DNA of 64,000 nt, from assembly GCA_021775005.1 (NCBI GenBank), contig JAJFIK010000075.1, positions 11,086 to 75,085 on the forward strand, written 5' to 3'. Under the pieces are notes generated by a model, which was not told where the DNA came from, did no database searches, and was given only the letters and a program-made list of their open reading frames with translations. The stretch comes from Rhodospirillales bacterium. GTDB taxonomy: Bacteria; Pseudomonadota; Alphaproteobacteria; JAJFIK01. Position 1 is the first letter of the stretch; each line of letters starts with the position of its first letter. Made by a program: the position numbers and the translations under genes. Shown one piece after another: positions 10,209 to 19,728 of the stretch.

Positions 10209-10763
10209 ATGCGTCATGCGCTTGTTCATCATCCCAGGACCCCTTGCCCCAGCGTTGGGGCGCTTGAGGTAGCGGTCGCCCGGGGGCCTGGGTGTGACCT
10301 CAAGCTGGGGTTTTTTCTCAGCGGACAGATCTCAAATCTCCGCCTTCCGCCCGCCGGGGCGATTGCGCGGGAGGATGGACTGTGGCAGCACACTTGTTTT
10401 GAAGTCTTCGTCTGCAACCCCACAACAGGGGCTTATGTTGAGTTCAACTTTGCGCCGTCGCGGCAATGGGCTGGCTATCACTTTAGTGGGTATCGGCAAG
10501 ACATGCGCCCTCTGAGCGAAATCCCCGCGCCGCAGCTGGAGATCAAGACAGGCGACAAAGGGCTCCAGCTTCACGCCGCGCTGTCACTTGAAGGTTTGGC
10601 GGAATTCGAGCAACCAACCCCGTGGCACCTCGGTCTTTCGGCTGTGATCGAAGACACTCAGGGGCGCGTGTCATATTGGGCGCTCACCCACCCGCCAGGC
10701 CGTGCGGATTTTCATTGTGCCGATTGCTTTGCTCTCGAACTTGGCGCAGAAATGAAATCATGA
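10209..10763 (+). CDS. hypothetical protein, possibly CBM9/DOMON-like
   Basis: 184 aa. The pattern CFEVFV...YVEFNFAPS resembles the family-9 carbohydrate-binding-like fold. This is a weak call from memory only. Confidence 0.4.
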   Translation: MRHALVHHPRTPCPSVGALEVAVARGPGCDLKLGFFLSGQISNLRLPPAGAIAREDGLWQHTCFEVFVCNPTTGAYVEFNFAPSRQWAGYHFSGYRQDMRPLSEIPAPQLEIKTGDKGLQLHAALSLEGLAEFEQPTPWHLGLSAVIEDTQGRVSYWALTHPPGRADFHCADCFALELGAEMKS

Positions 10764-11962
10764 AATTTGGTATCGATAGACTTCTCCATGAGCCGGGATT
10801 GCGCGGGCCCCTCATTGGCAAGCGCTTGGCGCTGCTTGCCCATCCGGCCTCTGTCACTGAGGACCTGACCCATTCGCTTGATGCCCTGGCCGCTTGTGAT
10901 GACTTAAAGCTCAGCGCTGCGTTTGGGCCCCAGCATGGCTTGCGCGGCGACAAGCAAGACAACATGGTCGAATCGCCTGACTTCAACGATTTGGCGCACA
11001 ACATCCCTGTCTTCAGTCTTTACGGCGAGGTGCGGCGACCAACAGATGAAATGATGGAGGGTTTTGACGTTCTTCTTGTCGACCTGCAGGATTTGGGCTG
11101 CCGCATATACACATTTGTCACCACACTTCTTTATGTGCTCGAAGCTGCGGCGCGGCACAACAAAGCGGTCTGGGTTCTTGATCGTCCCAATCCCGTTGGT
11201 CGCCCCATCGAGGGCCTGACGCTTGAAGCGGGATGGGAGAGTTTTGTTGGTGCGGGACCCATGCCCATGCGCCACGGCCTTACGCTTGGGGAAATGGGCG
11301 CGTGGTTCATCAAGACATTTGGGCTCGACGTGGACTATCGCGTGATCGAGATGGAAGGGTGGCAGCCGGAAACCGGGCCGGGCTTTGGCTGGCCGCTGGG
11401 CCAGCGCCCGTGGATTAACCCAAGCCCCAATGCCCCGAATCTCTCAATGGCGCGCGCTTATGGGGGAACGGTGATGCTGGAAGGCACGGAGCTTTCTGAG
11501 GGTCGCGGCACAACGCGGCCGCTTGAGCTTTTCGGCGCCCCCGACATTGATGCCCGCCGCGTGATTGCGAAAATGCGCAAGCTGGCCCCGAACTGGCTTG
11601 CGGGCGCAACCTTGCGAGACTGTTGGTTCGAACCAACATTCCATAAACATGCAGGCCAGCTTTGCAACGGTGTCCAGATTCATGTGGAAGGTCCCAGCTA
11701 TGACCATACCGCATTTAAGCCCTGGCGCCTTCAAGCGCTGGCCTTCAAGGCCATTCGGTCGCTCTACCCGGACTACCCCCTGTGGCGCGACTTTGCCTAT
11801 GAATACGAGCACGGCAAGCCCGCCATCGACGTGATCAACGGGGGCCCGCGCTTGCGCACATGGGTCGACGATGGTGCTGCTACGCCAAGTGATCTTGATG
11901 AACTGGCGGGCGCGGACGAAGCGGCTTGGAAAAGCGAGCGCCAAGAGTTTTTGATGTACTGA
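10760..11962 (+). CDS. DUF1343 family protein (NamZ-like putative exo-glycosidase)
   Basis: N-terminal MKFGIDRLL...GKRLALLAHPASV, with length and composition typical of DUF1343. ATGA overlap with the upstream ORF. Confidence 0.6.
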   Translation: MKFGIDRLLHEPGLRGPLIGKRLALLAHPASVTEDLTHSLDALAACDDLKLSAAFGPQHGLRGDKQDNMVESPDFNDLAHNIPVFSLYGEVRRPTDEMMEGFDVLLVDLQDLGCRIYTFVTTLLYVLEAAARHNKAVWVLDRPNPVGRPIEGLTLEAGWESFVGAGPMPMRHGLTLGEMGAWFIKTFGLDVDYRVIEMEGWQPETGPGFGWPLGQRPWINPSPNAPNLSMARAYGGTVMLEGTELSEGRGTTRPLELFGAPDIDARRVIAKMRKLAPNWLAGATLRDCWFEPTFHKHAGQLCNGVQIHVEGPSYDHTAFKPWRLQALAFKAIRSLYPDYPLWRDFAYEYEHGKPAIDVINGGPRLRTWVDDGAATPSDLDELAGADEAAWKSERQEFLMY

Positions 11963-12129
11963 TCACCAGCGAAGCACCGCGGAACCTCATACCACTTGCC
12001 ATCACTCAATGATTGGCTTGATGCTCAAGCGGTTCGATAAAAAAGGGTACACCGCAGCTCTCGCGGCACCTTACTCATCGGTTGGTGGAACTGTAACGCC
12101 CCTAACAAGCGATGAACAGTTACTCTGAG

Positions 12130-12687
12130 TTACTGGGCCATGCTTGCAGCGACGGCCGCCAAGCCAGACTCATAAACTCCCGTTAGGGCATCGATGACAT
12201 CTTGCTCGTGGCCTTCATTTGCATTGTAGACACTGGTCCAGGTGACTGTGGACACTCCTGATCCATCATCATCAACGCTTAACGTGCTGGTGTAATCGGT
12301 GAACGGCAGCGGGCTGGACAGGATTGTGTAAGTATAAGTGTACGCCCCATCGTCTCTGGCGGTCTGCAGTTCAACAAACGTTGCTTGACCATCTGCGGTC
12401 ACAAGCGTCCGGGTCGGCGGCGTATTCCCGTCTTCTTCACAGGTGCCGATGGCGGGGTGCCAATCTTGCACCGAGCAGAACGAGCCAATCATTGCCCACA
12501 CGGCAGATGGCGCGGCCTCAACATCGACGGTACGCGTAAAGGATTCTGACGGCCCGGGTGCGGCGCACGCGCTTAGCACAACAAAGATGCCGACGGACGC
12601 TGCTACCTTCAACGAGCCAAAACCTAATGACTGCTTCCGCGAGGATGTTTCAACTTTTCCTGACAGGATTTTTTGATTCATATTCAT
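12130..12687 (-). CDS. SRPBCC (Bet v1/polyketide cyclase-like) family lipoprotein
   Basis: Signal peptide with lipobox VVLSAC. The C-terminal 140 aa are paralogous to the neighbouring SRPBCC protein. Confidence 0.55.
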   Translation of the reverse strand: MNMNQKILSGKVETSSRKQSLGFGSLKVAASVGIFVVLSACAAPGPSESFTRTVDVEAAPSAVWAMIGSFCSVQDWHPAIGTCEEDGNTPPTRTLVTADGQATFVELQTARDDGAYTYTYTILSSPLPFTDYTSTLSVDDDGSGVSTVTWTSVYNANEGHEQDVIDALTGVYESGLAAVAASMAQ

Positions 12688-12852
12688 GCTGTGATCCCCA
12701 TGATTGTTGGGCTCCCTGATAATTTAAAGGGGCCGGTGAGTAAACATAACACATTGACAGTACCTGCAAGCAAGGCGAGTGCTCCTGAGAAAGCAACTGG
12801 TGTATTTTTTAGCATCGGGTAACCTCTTGCTCAGGATTGTACTTAGGACGGA

Positions 12853-13287
12853 CTAGTTGAATTTTTTGGCCAACAGGCCCAACAGACCCGCGTAAAGCGG
12901 GTCGCAAAAGCCTTTGACATCGCCCTTCGCACGCTCCCAATCTGATGACCACTCGACGAAACATTGTCCGGTGGCGGTAATTGGCGCGACGCGCGCTTTG
13001 CCGATATATCCCCACACCTGATCTGCAGATAGAACATCGGGTCCATCATCGATCGAATAGCTAAATGCCATTGAATCATCGTCAAAACTTTGAAGCGTTT
13101 CGGTGATGGCACCATTGACCAGACGCACGGCACCGACTTCTGTGCCGTTCTTTCCGTTCAAATTTTCAACGCTTTCTATGACGCCCTCGGCCCAGAACAT
13201 GTCATTGAAATTGCGCAACGCCGACCAAACCTGATCGGCTGATGCATTCACAATGATCGAGTTGTACGTTCCCATTTTCAACCTCAT
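12853..13287 (-). CDS. SRPBCC family protein (polyketide cyclase/dehydrase-like)
   Basis: 144 aa beginning MGTYNSIIVNASADQVWSALRNF, typical of the SRPBCC ligand-binding fold. Confidence 0.6.
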   Translation of the reverse strand: MRLKMGTYNSIIVNASADQVWSALRNFNDMFWAEGVIESVENLNGKNGTEVGAVRLVNGAITETLQSFDDDSMAFSYSIDDGPDVLSADQVWGYIGKARVAPITATGQCFVEWSSDWERAKGDVKGFCDPLYAGLLGLLAKKFN

Positions 13288-13387
13288 TTCACGGTTCCCT
13301 AGGCTTTGTCGCGTTGGGATGTGTCAAGGTTGCCTGAAATGAAGTTCCCTATGTATCGGGAGTTCTCCCTATTTTCTCAAGAAACGG

Positions 13388-14917
13388 TCAGTCCATTACA
13401 ATGCCATGCTCAAGCGCGAGCAACGCCAATGCGGGACGAGCATTTACGCCGGTTTTCCTATAGATTTTCTGGATGTGATGGTCGGCGGTTTTGGGCGAGA
13501 TGTTCAATACTTCTGCAATTTGCGCTGTCGATTCAGACATCGCCAGCCGGGCTAATACTTGAACCTCACGCCGCGTCAGATCAAATGGATAGGCCGCCAT
13601 GACGTCCTTGACCTTGTGGCCAGCCGCTTGCAAGACGGCAGTCACGGCGGCAGGTAGGAATTTTTTATCGACCGCAGCAGCCGTCATCCGTTTTGCGGCT
13701 TCTTTGGGATCCAGCGCCTTGCTTGCGGGAGTGGAATTTGTCAGCTCATCATATTCGTTTGCGACGGCCAGAATGTTGCAGGCCAAGTCCGGTAATGCCA
13801 CGCGGCGATGATAGCCACTGCCGTCCGCACGTTCCTGCACGCAAGATGCAATTCGTGACCAAGCGGCAAATGGCTCACCATGAGACAGTACATACTCTGT
13901 TTGGAACGAGTGTCTTTGCATCTCAATTCGCTCTGATACGCTGAGCTCAGCGGCCTTGTACCAAATGCGGTTCGAAATCGCACATTTTCCAATGTCATGA
14001 ACTAACGCGGCGAGCCGCAAAGTCTCCACCTGATCGTTAGGAAGTCCTGCCAATTTCGCCGCCGAAGCAGTTAGGCTCGCAACCCGGCGCGAATGGCTGC
14101 GGAAGTGGCTCGCCTTGTGGTCGGTCATATCCGCACCGACCTCAGCCAGAGTCTGCCGGCAGGTTGGCGTCATTTTGATCGGCTCGCCGGGCTCGGCGGC
14201 AATAAATGACTCGAACTCTGGCGTCCTGCTTGCGGTCGCAAAAATGTCGTCAGCATGGTCCAAAAATGCCTGCCCAAGTTCGGGGTCCAACTCCACACCC
14301 CGTTTCGCCGCTACCACTTTTTTTGCTTGCTCGGCGTCTTCCAGGCGCCTGACCAACTCGGCCATCTCAGTGATCCGCACCAGGCGCGACAGAGATGGTA
14401 CGTCGGGACCGCCAAAGGGCAGTACTTTGCCGTCCCACCTGGCATAGTAATAGGGGATGCACTCAAGCACCGCCTCGGAGACTGGTAGCCGCCGGGCCAG
14501 TAAATAGGACTGCCGGCAATGGGCCGCTGTAAAATCGGGCGCAGCGCCCGGCAGGATATCGCAAATGTGGTTGAATGCTTTGTCCCTGTCTTCGGTCGTG
14601 GCATCTTGCGCGATGTACTGGCTCAAGAACTTTTTCAAATCCTCGCGGTCGGTCCAGTCGCCTAGCATGGTGGCCACAGCGAAGCCCTGATCATCGCCAA
14701 TCGATAGCAGCCCAGTTTCGTGACTGGTGATCGTGCAGCCAATAAACCTGACGGTGGCCAGAAAATATGCATCCTTTTGGGTTTGGAGATCCAAGCCTAG
14801 CTTCTTAGCAAACTCCGCAGTTACGATGGCTGCGGTTAGACCGGAACCACTGGGCCGGCCTGTGGCCATGTCAGCGGCCAAGGCCAACACGCCCAAGCCT
14901 TCAGAAATAGTCGGCAT
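13388..14917 (-). CDS. LuxR-family transcriptional regulator with two tandem degenerate HD-GYP-like domains
   Basis: The second domain has LAALVHDIGK (HD motif) and ERADGSGYHRR (HHExxDGxGYP with GYP changed to GYH). The first domain is degenerate (LALAADMATGRP; YYARWDGKVLPFGG). The C-terminal LuxR HTH reads REVQVLARLAMSESTAQIAEVLNISPKTADHHIQKIYRK. Confidence 0.7.
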   Translation of the reverse strand: MPTISEGLGVLALAADMATGRPSGSGLTAAIVTAEFAKKLGLDLQTQKDAYFLATVRFIGCTITSHETGLLSIGDDQGFAVATMLGDWTDREDLKKFLSQYIAQDATTEDRDKAFNHICDILPGAAPDFTAAHCRQSYLLARRLPVSEAVLECIPYYYARWDGKVLPFGGPDVPSLSRLVRITEMAELVRRLEDAEQAKKVVAAKRGVELDPELGQAFLDHADDIFATASRTPEFESFIAAEPGEPIKMTPTCRQTLAEVGADMTDHKASHFRSHSRRVASLTASAAKLAGLPNDQVETLRLAALVHDIGKCAISNRIWYKAAELSVSERIEMQRHSFQTEYVLSHGEPFAAWSRIASCVQERADGSGYHRRVALPDLACNILAVANEYDELTNSTPASKALDPKEAAKRMTAAAVDKKFLPAAVTAVLQAAGHKVKDVMAAYPFDLTRREVQVLARLAMSESTAQIAEVLNISPKTADHHIQKIYRKTGVNARPALALLALEHGIVMD

Positions 14918-15155
14918 GCCTACCTCCCTTGGTCTTGTGCAAATCGACCTGTCGGCACGGCCTAACGAGGATCAAATTCATTGCAACGTCACACCCAACA
15001 GAGAATGTAAATTTAAACGGCCGCTCTATCCATACACACATTTCGGGCCGCCAGTGCCCAAAAAAATACCCCCTAGAGATCAGGCCCGCAACAAACTAGC
15101 ATTGGAGCGGGCTCAATGATCGGCAACAAGCTGAAGATCGGCCGGGGAAAGGGCG

Positions 15156-17783
15156 GTGGATGTCATAGGCGACAAACTGATTTCATTGCCTGAAGGCGCG
15201 AGCGATACCGTCCCCACCAAGTATTGGGAGCGGCTGGATGATGGGCGCGTGATGTGCACCCTGTGCCCGCGCGCATGCAAAATGAAAGACGGCCAGCGCG
15301 GCCTGTGCTTTGTCCGCAAGGCGCAAGGCGGCGAAGTTGTCATGACCAGCTATGGCCGCTCATCTGGATTTTGCATCGACCCGATTGAGAAAAAGCCCCT
15401 CAACCACTTTCTGCCCGGCACGCCGGTGCTTTCCCTTGGCACCGCGGGGTGTAACCTTGCCTGCAGCTTCTGCCAAAACTGGGATATTTCCAAAGCACGG
15501 CAGATGGACCGGGTGCAGGACCTCGCCCAACCGGAAATGATTGCAAAGGCCGCCAAGGAAACCGGCTGTCGCTCAGTTGCGTTTACCTATAACGACCCGG
15601 TTATTTTCATGGAGTACGCGATTGATATCGCACAGGCCTGCCGGGAATTGGACATCAAAACGGTAGCAGTGACCGCTGGATACATGAACGATGCGCCCCG
15701 GGCTGAGTTCTTTAAGTATATGGATGCGGCGAATGTCGATCTGAAAGCCTTTACCGAGGATTTCTATTGGCGCCAAACCAAGGGCGCGCTCAAACCCGTT
15801 CTGGATACGCTCACATACCTCAAGGAGCACACCAATGTCTGGTTCGAGGTCACCACCCTTTTGATCCCGGATGAAAATGATAGCTCGAAGGAATTACGCG
15901 CACAGTGCGAATGGATGATGAAAAATCTGGGGCCCGACGTGCCGCTGCATTTTTCAGCCTTTCATCCCGATTATCGCATGCGAGATAAATCCCGCACGCC
16001 GCCCGAAACGCTTAAACGCGCCCGCGGCATCGCCCGGGAAATCGGGTTGCGCCACGTCTATACGGGCAATATCCACGATGAAGAAGGCGGCACCACCTAT
16101 TGCCACAGTTGCGCTGAGACGCTCATCGTGCGGGATTGGCATCTCATTAAACACTGGGCGTTAAGCGATGACGGCAAATGCAAAAAATGTGACACGGCCC
16201 TGGCAGGGGTGTTTGATGGCCCGCCGGGCAAGTGGGGCCGCAAGCGTACGCCCATCCGCATCGGGCCCGCTGGCGCAATGGTGGCTCAACCTGTCAGTCC
16301 GCGCACCATGGCCGCAAAGAATGCCACAAAGGAAGAGCTCAGCCGCAGCTATCAACCGATGAAGAATACCAACTACAGTATCAAGCAGCCGCAGGTGGCC
16401 GGAAAGTTCTATCCATCAGACGCGGGGACTCTGGCCAATACTGTTGACCAGCTATTGCAGTCTGCGCCGTCTCCGCAAATGCAGCCCAAGGCCATTATCG
16501 CGCCCCATGCCGGATACCAGTATTCCGGCAAGATCGCCGCGCGGGCCTTTAACAGTCTAGGCAACCGAAAGTCCGACATTCGCCGCGTGGTTTTGTTCGG
16601 CCCGCCCCACCGCAAAGCTGTGAAGGGCATTGCAGTGCCCAGCTACCAGATCTTTGCCACACCGCTTGGCCCCGTCAGCGTCGACCGCGGCGCGATTGAG
16701 AAACTCAAAGTTCTCCCATTTGTCGCCGAGGACGATAGCCCGTTCGAAAATGAACACGGGCTGGAAGTGCATCTGCCATTCCTGCAGCGCGTATTTGAAA
16801 ATGTCGAAATCGTCCCCGCCCTTGTGGGCGGAATTTCGCCGGGGCAAGCTGCCCAGGCCCTGCGCACGGTTTGGGGCGGTGATGAAACGCTGATCCTGAT
16901 CTCATCGGACCTCAGTCACTTTCACGACTACGACAAAGCCTCGAAAACGGACAATGCGGCGGCGGCGGCGATTGAAACATTACGCTCCGGCCAGTTGGGC
17001 GAAGACCAGGCCTGCGGTCGCCACGCCGTACGCGGGCTTCTGCTCGAATCCATCCATCACAATCTGCGCGCCACCACTATCGATTTGTGCAATTCAGGCG
17101 ACACTGCAGGCAACAAGGATCGCGTGGTCGGCTATGGCGCGTTTGTGTTTGAGCCTTCTGACAAGGCCCGCCTCCCGGAGGCTTCGGCCAAGGTCCTGCT
17201 GGATGTTGCCAGGCGTGTGGTCATCAAGGGCGCTGAGATCGGCGAGATGCCGAAACTCAATGTCCGCGACATGCCGCGATTGTTAATGGCATGGCGGCCA
17301 ACTTTTACCACCATCACAAATGGCGGCAAACTGCGCGGATGCTACGGCAGCTTTGTCGCGACCCAACCCTTGATCAATGACGTGGCCAAAAGTGCATACG
17401 CGGCCGCGTTTAAGGACTCCCGTTTCAAACCGATGACAATGGCGGAGCTGGCGCGGGCGGAACTGGGCCTGTCGATCCTTTCGGTCGCCTACCGCTTCCC
17501 GGTCAAGGACGAGGATGATTTGCTTGGCCAAGTGCGCCCAGGGATAGACGGACTGATTATGCGCGATGGGGGGCAACAGGGCCTGTTCTTGCCGTCGGTC
17601 TGGGAGCAGTTGAAGACCCCCGAGGCCTTTATCAAAGGCCTTAAACGTAAAGCGGGGCGGCCTGAGAATTACTGGTCAGACTCGCTGGAAATCTATCGCT
17701 TCACGGCAGAGAAAATCAGCGCTGTTCCGATTGTAACAGAGGCATTGGCACCTGCCGCTACTGTCCCTTCGGCGACAAAGTAG
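15156..17783 (+). CDS. AmmeMemoRadiSam system tri-domain fusion: radical SAM enzyme + MEMO1-like (protein B) + AMMECR1 domain
   Basis: The N-terminal part has CX3CX2C (GCNLACSFCQNW) plus an upstream Cys cluster CTLCPRACK. The middle part has the MEMO1 signature IIAPHAGYQYSG, beginning around 16359. The C-terminal part has the AMMECR1 signature GGKLRGCYGSF. The 875-aa ORF has no internal stops. Confidence 0.8.
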   Translation: MDVIGDKLISLPEGASDTVPTKYWERLDDGRVMCTLCPRACKMKDGQRGLCFVRKAQGGEVVMTSYGRSSGFCIDPIEKKPLNHFLPGTPVLSLGTAGCNLACSFCQNWDISKARQMDRVQDLAQPEMIAKAAKETGCRSVAFTYNDPVIFMEYAIDIAQACRELDIKTVAVTAGYMNDAPRAEFFKYMDAANVDLKAFTEDFYWRQTKGALKPVLDTLTYLKEHTNVWFEVTTLLIPDENDSSKELRAQCEWMMKNLGPDVPLHFSAFHPDYRMRDKSRTPPETLKRARGIAREIGLRHVYTGNIHDEEGGTTYCHSCAETLIVRDWHLIKHWALSDDGKCKKCDTALAGVFDGPPGKWGRKRTPIRIGPAGAMVAQPVSPRTMAAKNATKEELSRSYQPMKNTNYSIKQPQVAGKFYPSDAGTLANTVDQLLQSAPSPQMQPKAIIAPHAGYQYSGKIAARAFNSLGNRKSDIRRVVLFGPPHRKAVKGIAVPSYQIFATPLGPVSVDRGAIEKLKVLPFVAEDDSPFENEHGLEVHLPFLQRVFENVEIVPALVGGISPGQAAQALRTVWGGDETLILISSDLSHFHDYDKASKTDNAAAAAIETLRSGQLGEDQACGRHAVRGLLLESIHHNLRATTIDLCNSGDTAGNKDRVVGYGAFVFEPSDKARLPEASAKVLLDVARRVVIKGAEIGEMPKLNVRDMPRLLMAWRPTFTTITNGGKLRGCYGSFVATQPLINDVAKSAYAAAFKDSRFKPMTMAELARAELGLSILSVAYRFPVKDEDDLLGQVRPGIDGLIMRDGGQQGLFLPSVWEQLKTPEAFIKGLKRKAGRPENYWSDSLEIYRFTAEKISAVPIVTEALAPAATVPSATK

Positions 17784-17791
17784 GAACCGCA

Positions 17792-18241
17792 ATGGTCGAG
17801 ATTTACGTGGACGCGGATGCCTGCCCAGTAAAGGATGAGGTTGTGCGCGTGGCGGATCGATATGATCTCCCCGTTCACATGGTCTCCAACGCCTATATGC
17901 GTTTGCCACAGGGCAAGTCAGTCAGCCAGGTCATTGTGTCTGATGGCTTCGATGCCGCAGACGATTGGATTGCCGAAAACATCAAACCCAAAGACATTGC
18001 CATCACCGCCGATGTGCCGCTTGCCGCCCGCTGCGTGGAAAACGGGGCCTTTGTCATTGGGCCCACGGGCAAGGATTTCTCAAACACATCCATTGGTATG
18101 GATTTGGCCATGCGTAATCTCAATGCGCATTTGCGGGAGACCGGCGAGATCACAGGCGGAGGCGCAGCGTTCTCAAAGAAGGATCGCTCAAACTTTCTCT
18201 CGGTCTTGGATAGAATGGTCAACAAAGCCAAGCGGGCCTAA
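17792..18241 (+). CDS. YaiI/YqgV family protein (UPF0178/DUF188)
   Basis: MVEIYVDADACPVKDEVVRVADRY matches the UPF0178 N-terminus. It lies 9 nt after the AmmeMemoRadiSam gene. Confidence 0.7.
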   Translation: MVEIYVDADACPVKDEVVRVADRYDLPVHMVSNAYMRLPQGKSVSQVIVSDGFDAADDWIAENIKPKDIAITADVPLAARCVENGAFVIGPTGKDFSNTSIGMDLAMRNLNAHLRETGEITGGGAAFSKKDRSNFLSVLDRMVNKAKRA

Positions 18242-19443
18242 TCTGGGCGGCGAGATTGCCTGGGGCGAACAAGCATCGGCCCATAGCGGATTGCAAAGAG
18301 GCCAAAAGCTCCCGCCCAGGCGACAGACGACGCCGTAATCCATGTTGAATAGAGCTCCGGGGTGAAAAGACTAGCGCCAACACGGATCAATGCGGCGGCA
18401 ATCACCAGCAGATATATGGCGGCGGTCCAGGCATCTGCTTCGCGCGCCCTTCCTGTATGGCCAAGGGTTGATCGCGTCATAATGCCAAGGGTCATGACAC
18501 CGACCGCCCCCGCCGTCAGGGCGTGTATCGCCGCGCTCTCTGGCACATGGCGGGGCCAAAGCGCCGCAGAGCCCATGAGCAGGAACGACAGGACCAACCA
18601 TGCGTAACCCACATGCAAAATCCAAACGAGCGCTTCCGCCCCCGTCTGCCAGCCTTGCCAACGCAACAGCCGCATAAAGTGAAGGGTGCCTGCGATCAAC
18701 AGCAAGACCCCTGTCCACGGCGCATCGGGAGCCAGGACCCAAGCCGCCAGCGCAAGCGCTGCCGTGCCAAGGGCCAGTTGATCAAAACGACCCGCAGGCG
18801 CGGGCAAAGCCTCCGCGCCGCGCGCCGCAAGCCAATTGCGCGTGAAACTTGGCACAACGCGGCCGCCGATCACGGCGATCAAAAGCGCCGGGACAGCCAG
18901 CGCTGCATGCTCAGTGATTTCAAAAGCCCCTGAGCCGCTCGCCGTCAGGTGAAAGCAGATGTTGGCAATGGCGAGCAGCGCGGCGAGCCCGCAAACCGGA
19001 ATATTGCGGGTGTTGCCACTTGCCAGAATTTCGCGCCAGACGAGGGCGGCAAAGACCACAAGGAAGGCGCTGTCGATAACAATAGCGATCCCATGCAGCT
19101 CCGCCGGCATCAGCATGGCAACGCGTCCTGCCAGCCAAATCCCGAACAATGCAGCGAGCCGCATCCCCGAAACTGGTAGGCGTCCGGTCCAGTTCGGCAC
19201 GGCGGTCAACAGAAACCCAACGGCAATGGCCGCGAAAAACCCGAATAGCATTTCATGAATATGCCAGATCAGCGCCGCACGGCCCCCGATCATGCCTGCG
19301 CCTATGGCATAGGCATAAGCCCACGCAACAATGCTTAGCGCGGCGAATATCGATCCACCGAGAAAAAAGGGGCGAAATCCAAAACTGAAAAACGCGGGCC
19401 CGCTATAGGTACGGCGGGAGGGATCTGCATCGGCTGCCATCAC
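18238..19443 (-). CDS. NnrS family membrane protein
   Basis: About 400 aa and polytopic. The N-terminus FFSFGFRPFFLGGSIFAALSI is typical of NnrS. Confidence 0.7.
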   Translation of the reverse strand: MMAADADPSRRTYSGPAFFSFGFRPFFLGGSIFAALSIVAWAYAYAIGAGMIGGRAALIWHIHEMLFGFFAAIAVGFLLTAVPNWTGRLPVSGMRLAALFGIWLAGRVAMLMPAELHGIAIVIDSAFLVVFAALVWREILASGNTRNIPVCGLAALLAIANICFHLTASGSGAFEITEHAALAVPALLIAVIGGRVVPSFTRNWLAARGAEALPAPAGRFDQLALGTAALALAAWVLAPDAPWTGVLLLIAGTLHFMRLLRWQGWQTGAEALVWILHVGYAWLVLSFLLMGSAALWPRHVPESAAIHALTAGAVGVMTLGIMTRSTLGHTGRAREADAWTAAIYLLVIAAALIRVGASLFTPELYSTWITASSVAWAGAFGLFAIRYGPMLVRPRQSRRPD

Positions 19444-19728
19444 GAAACCTCAGGGTCAGTTGTACGGTGGCGTGGAACGGCGACGACATCGCATCAATGG
19501 AGTTCATCATTGTACCGAGGATCCGGTTCAAGCGTTCTATTGTCTTGTGATTCTCAGCCACTTTTCGGTCGCGACAGCCCTTTCTGCAGTACGGTCTCGA
19601 TGCTGCCAGCGCGGTAAACTATCGATTCATTGAGTAGTACCTAATTTTCGTATAGTACTTTTCCGTCTCCCATTGGCAAGCCATACCATTGTGTGGGTAA
19701 AATCCCTTCAAGCCGCAAGGAGCAGAAA

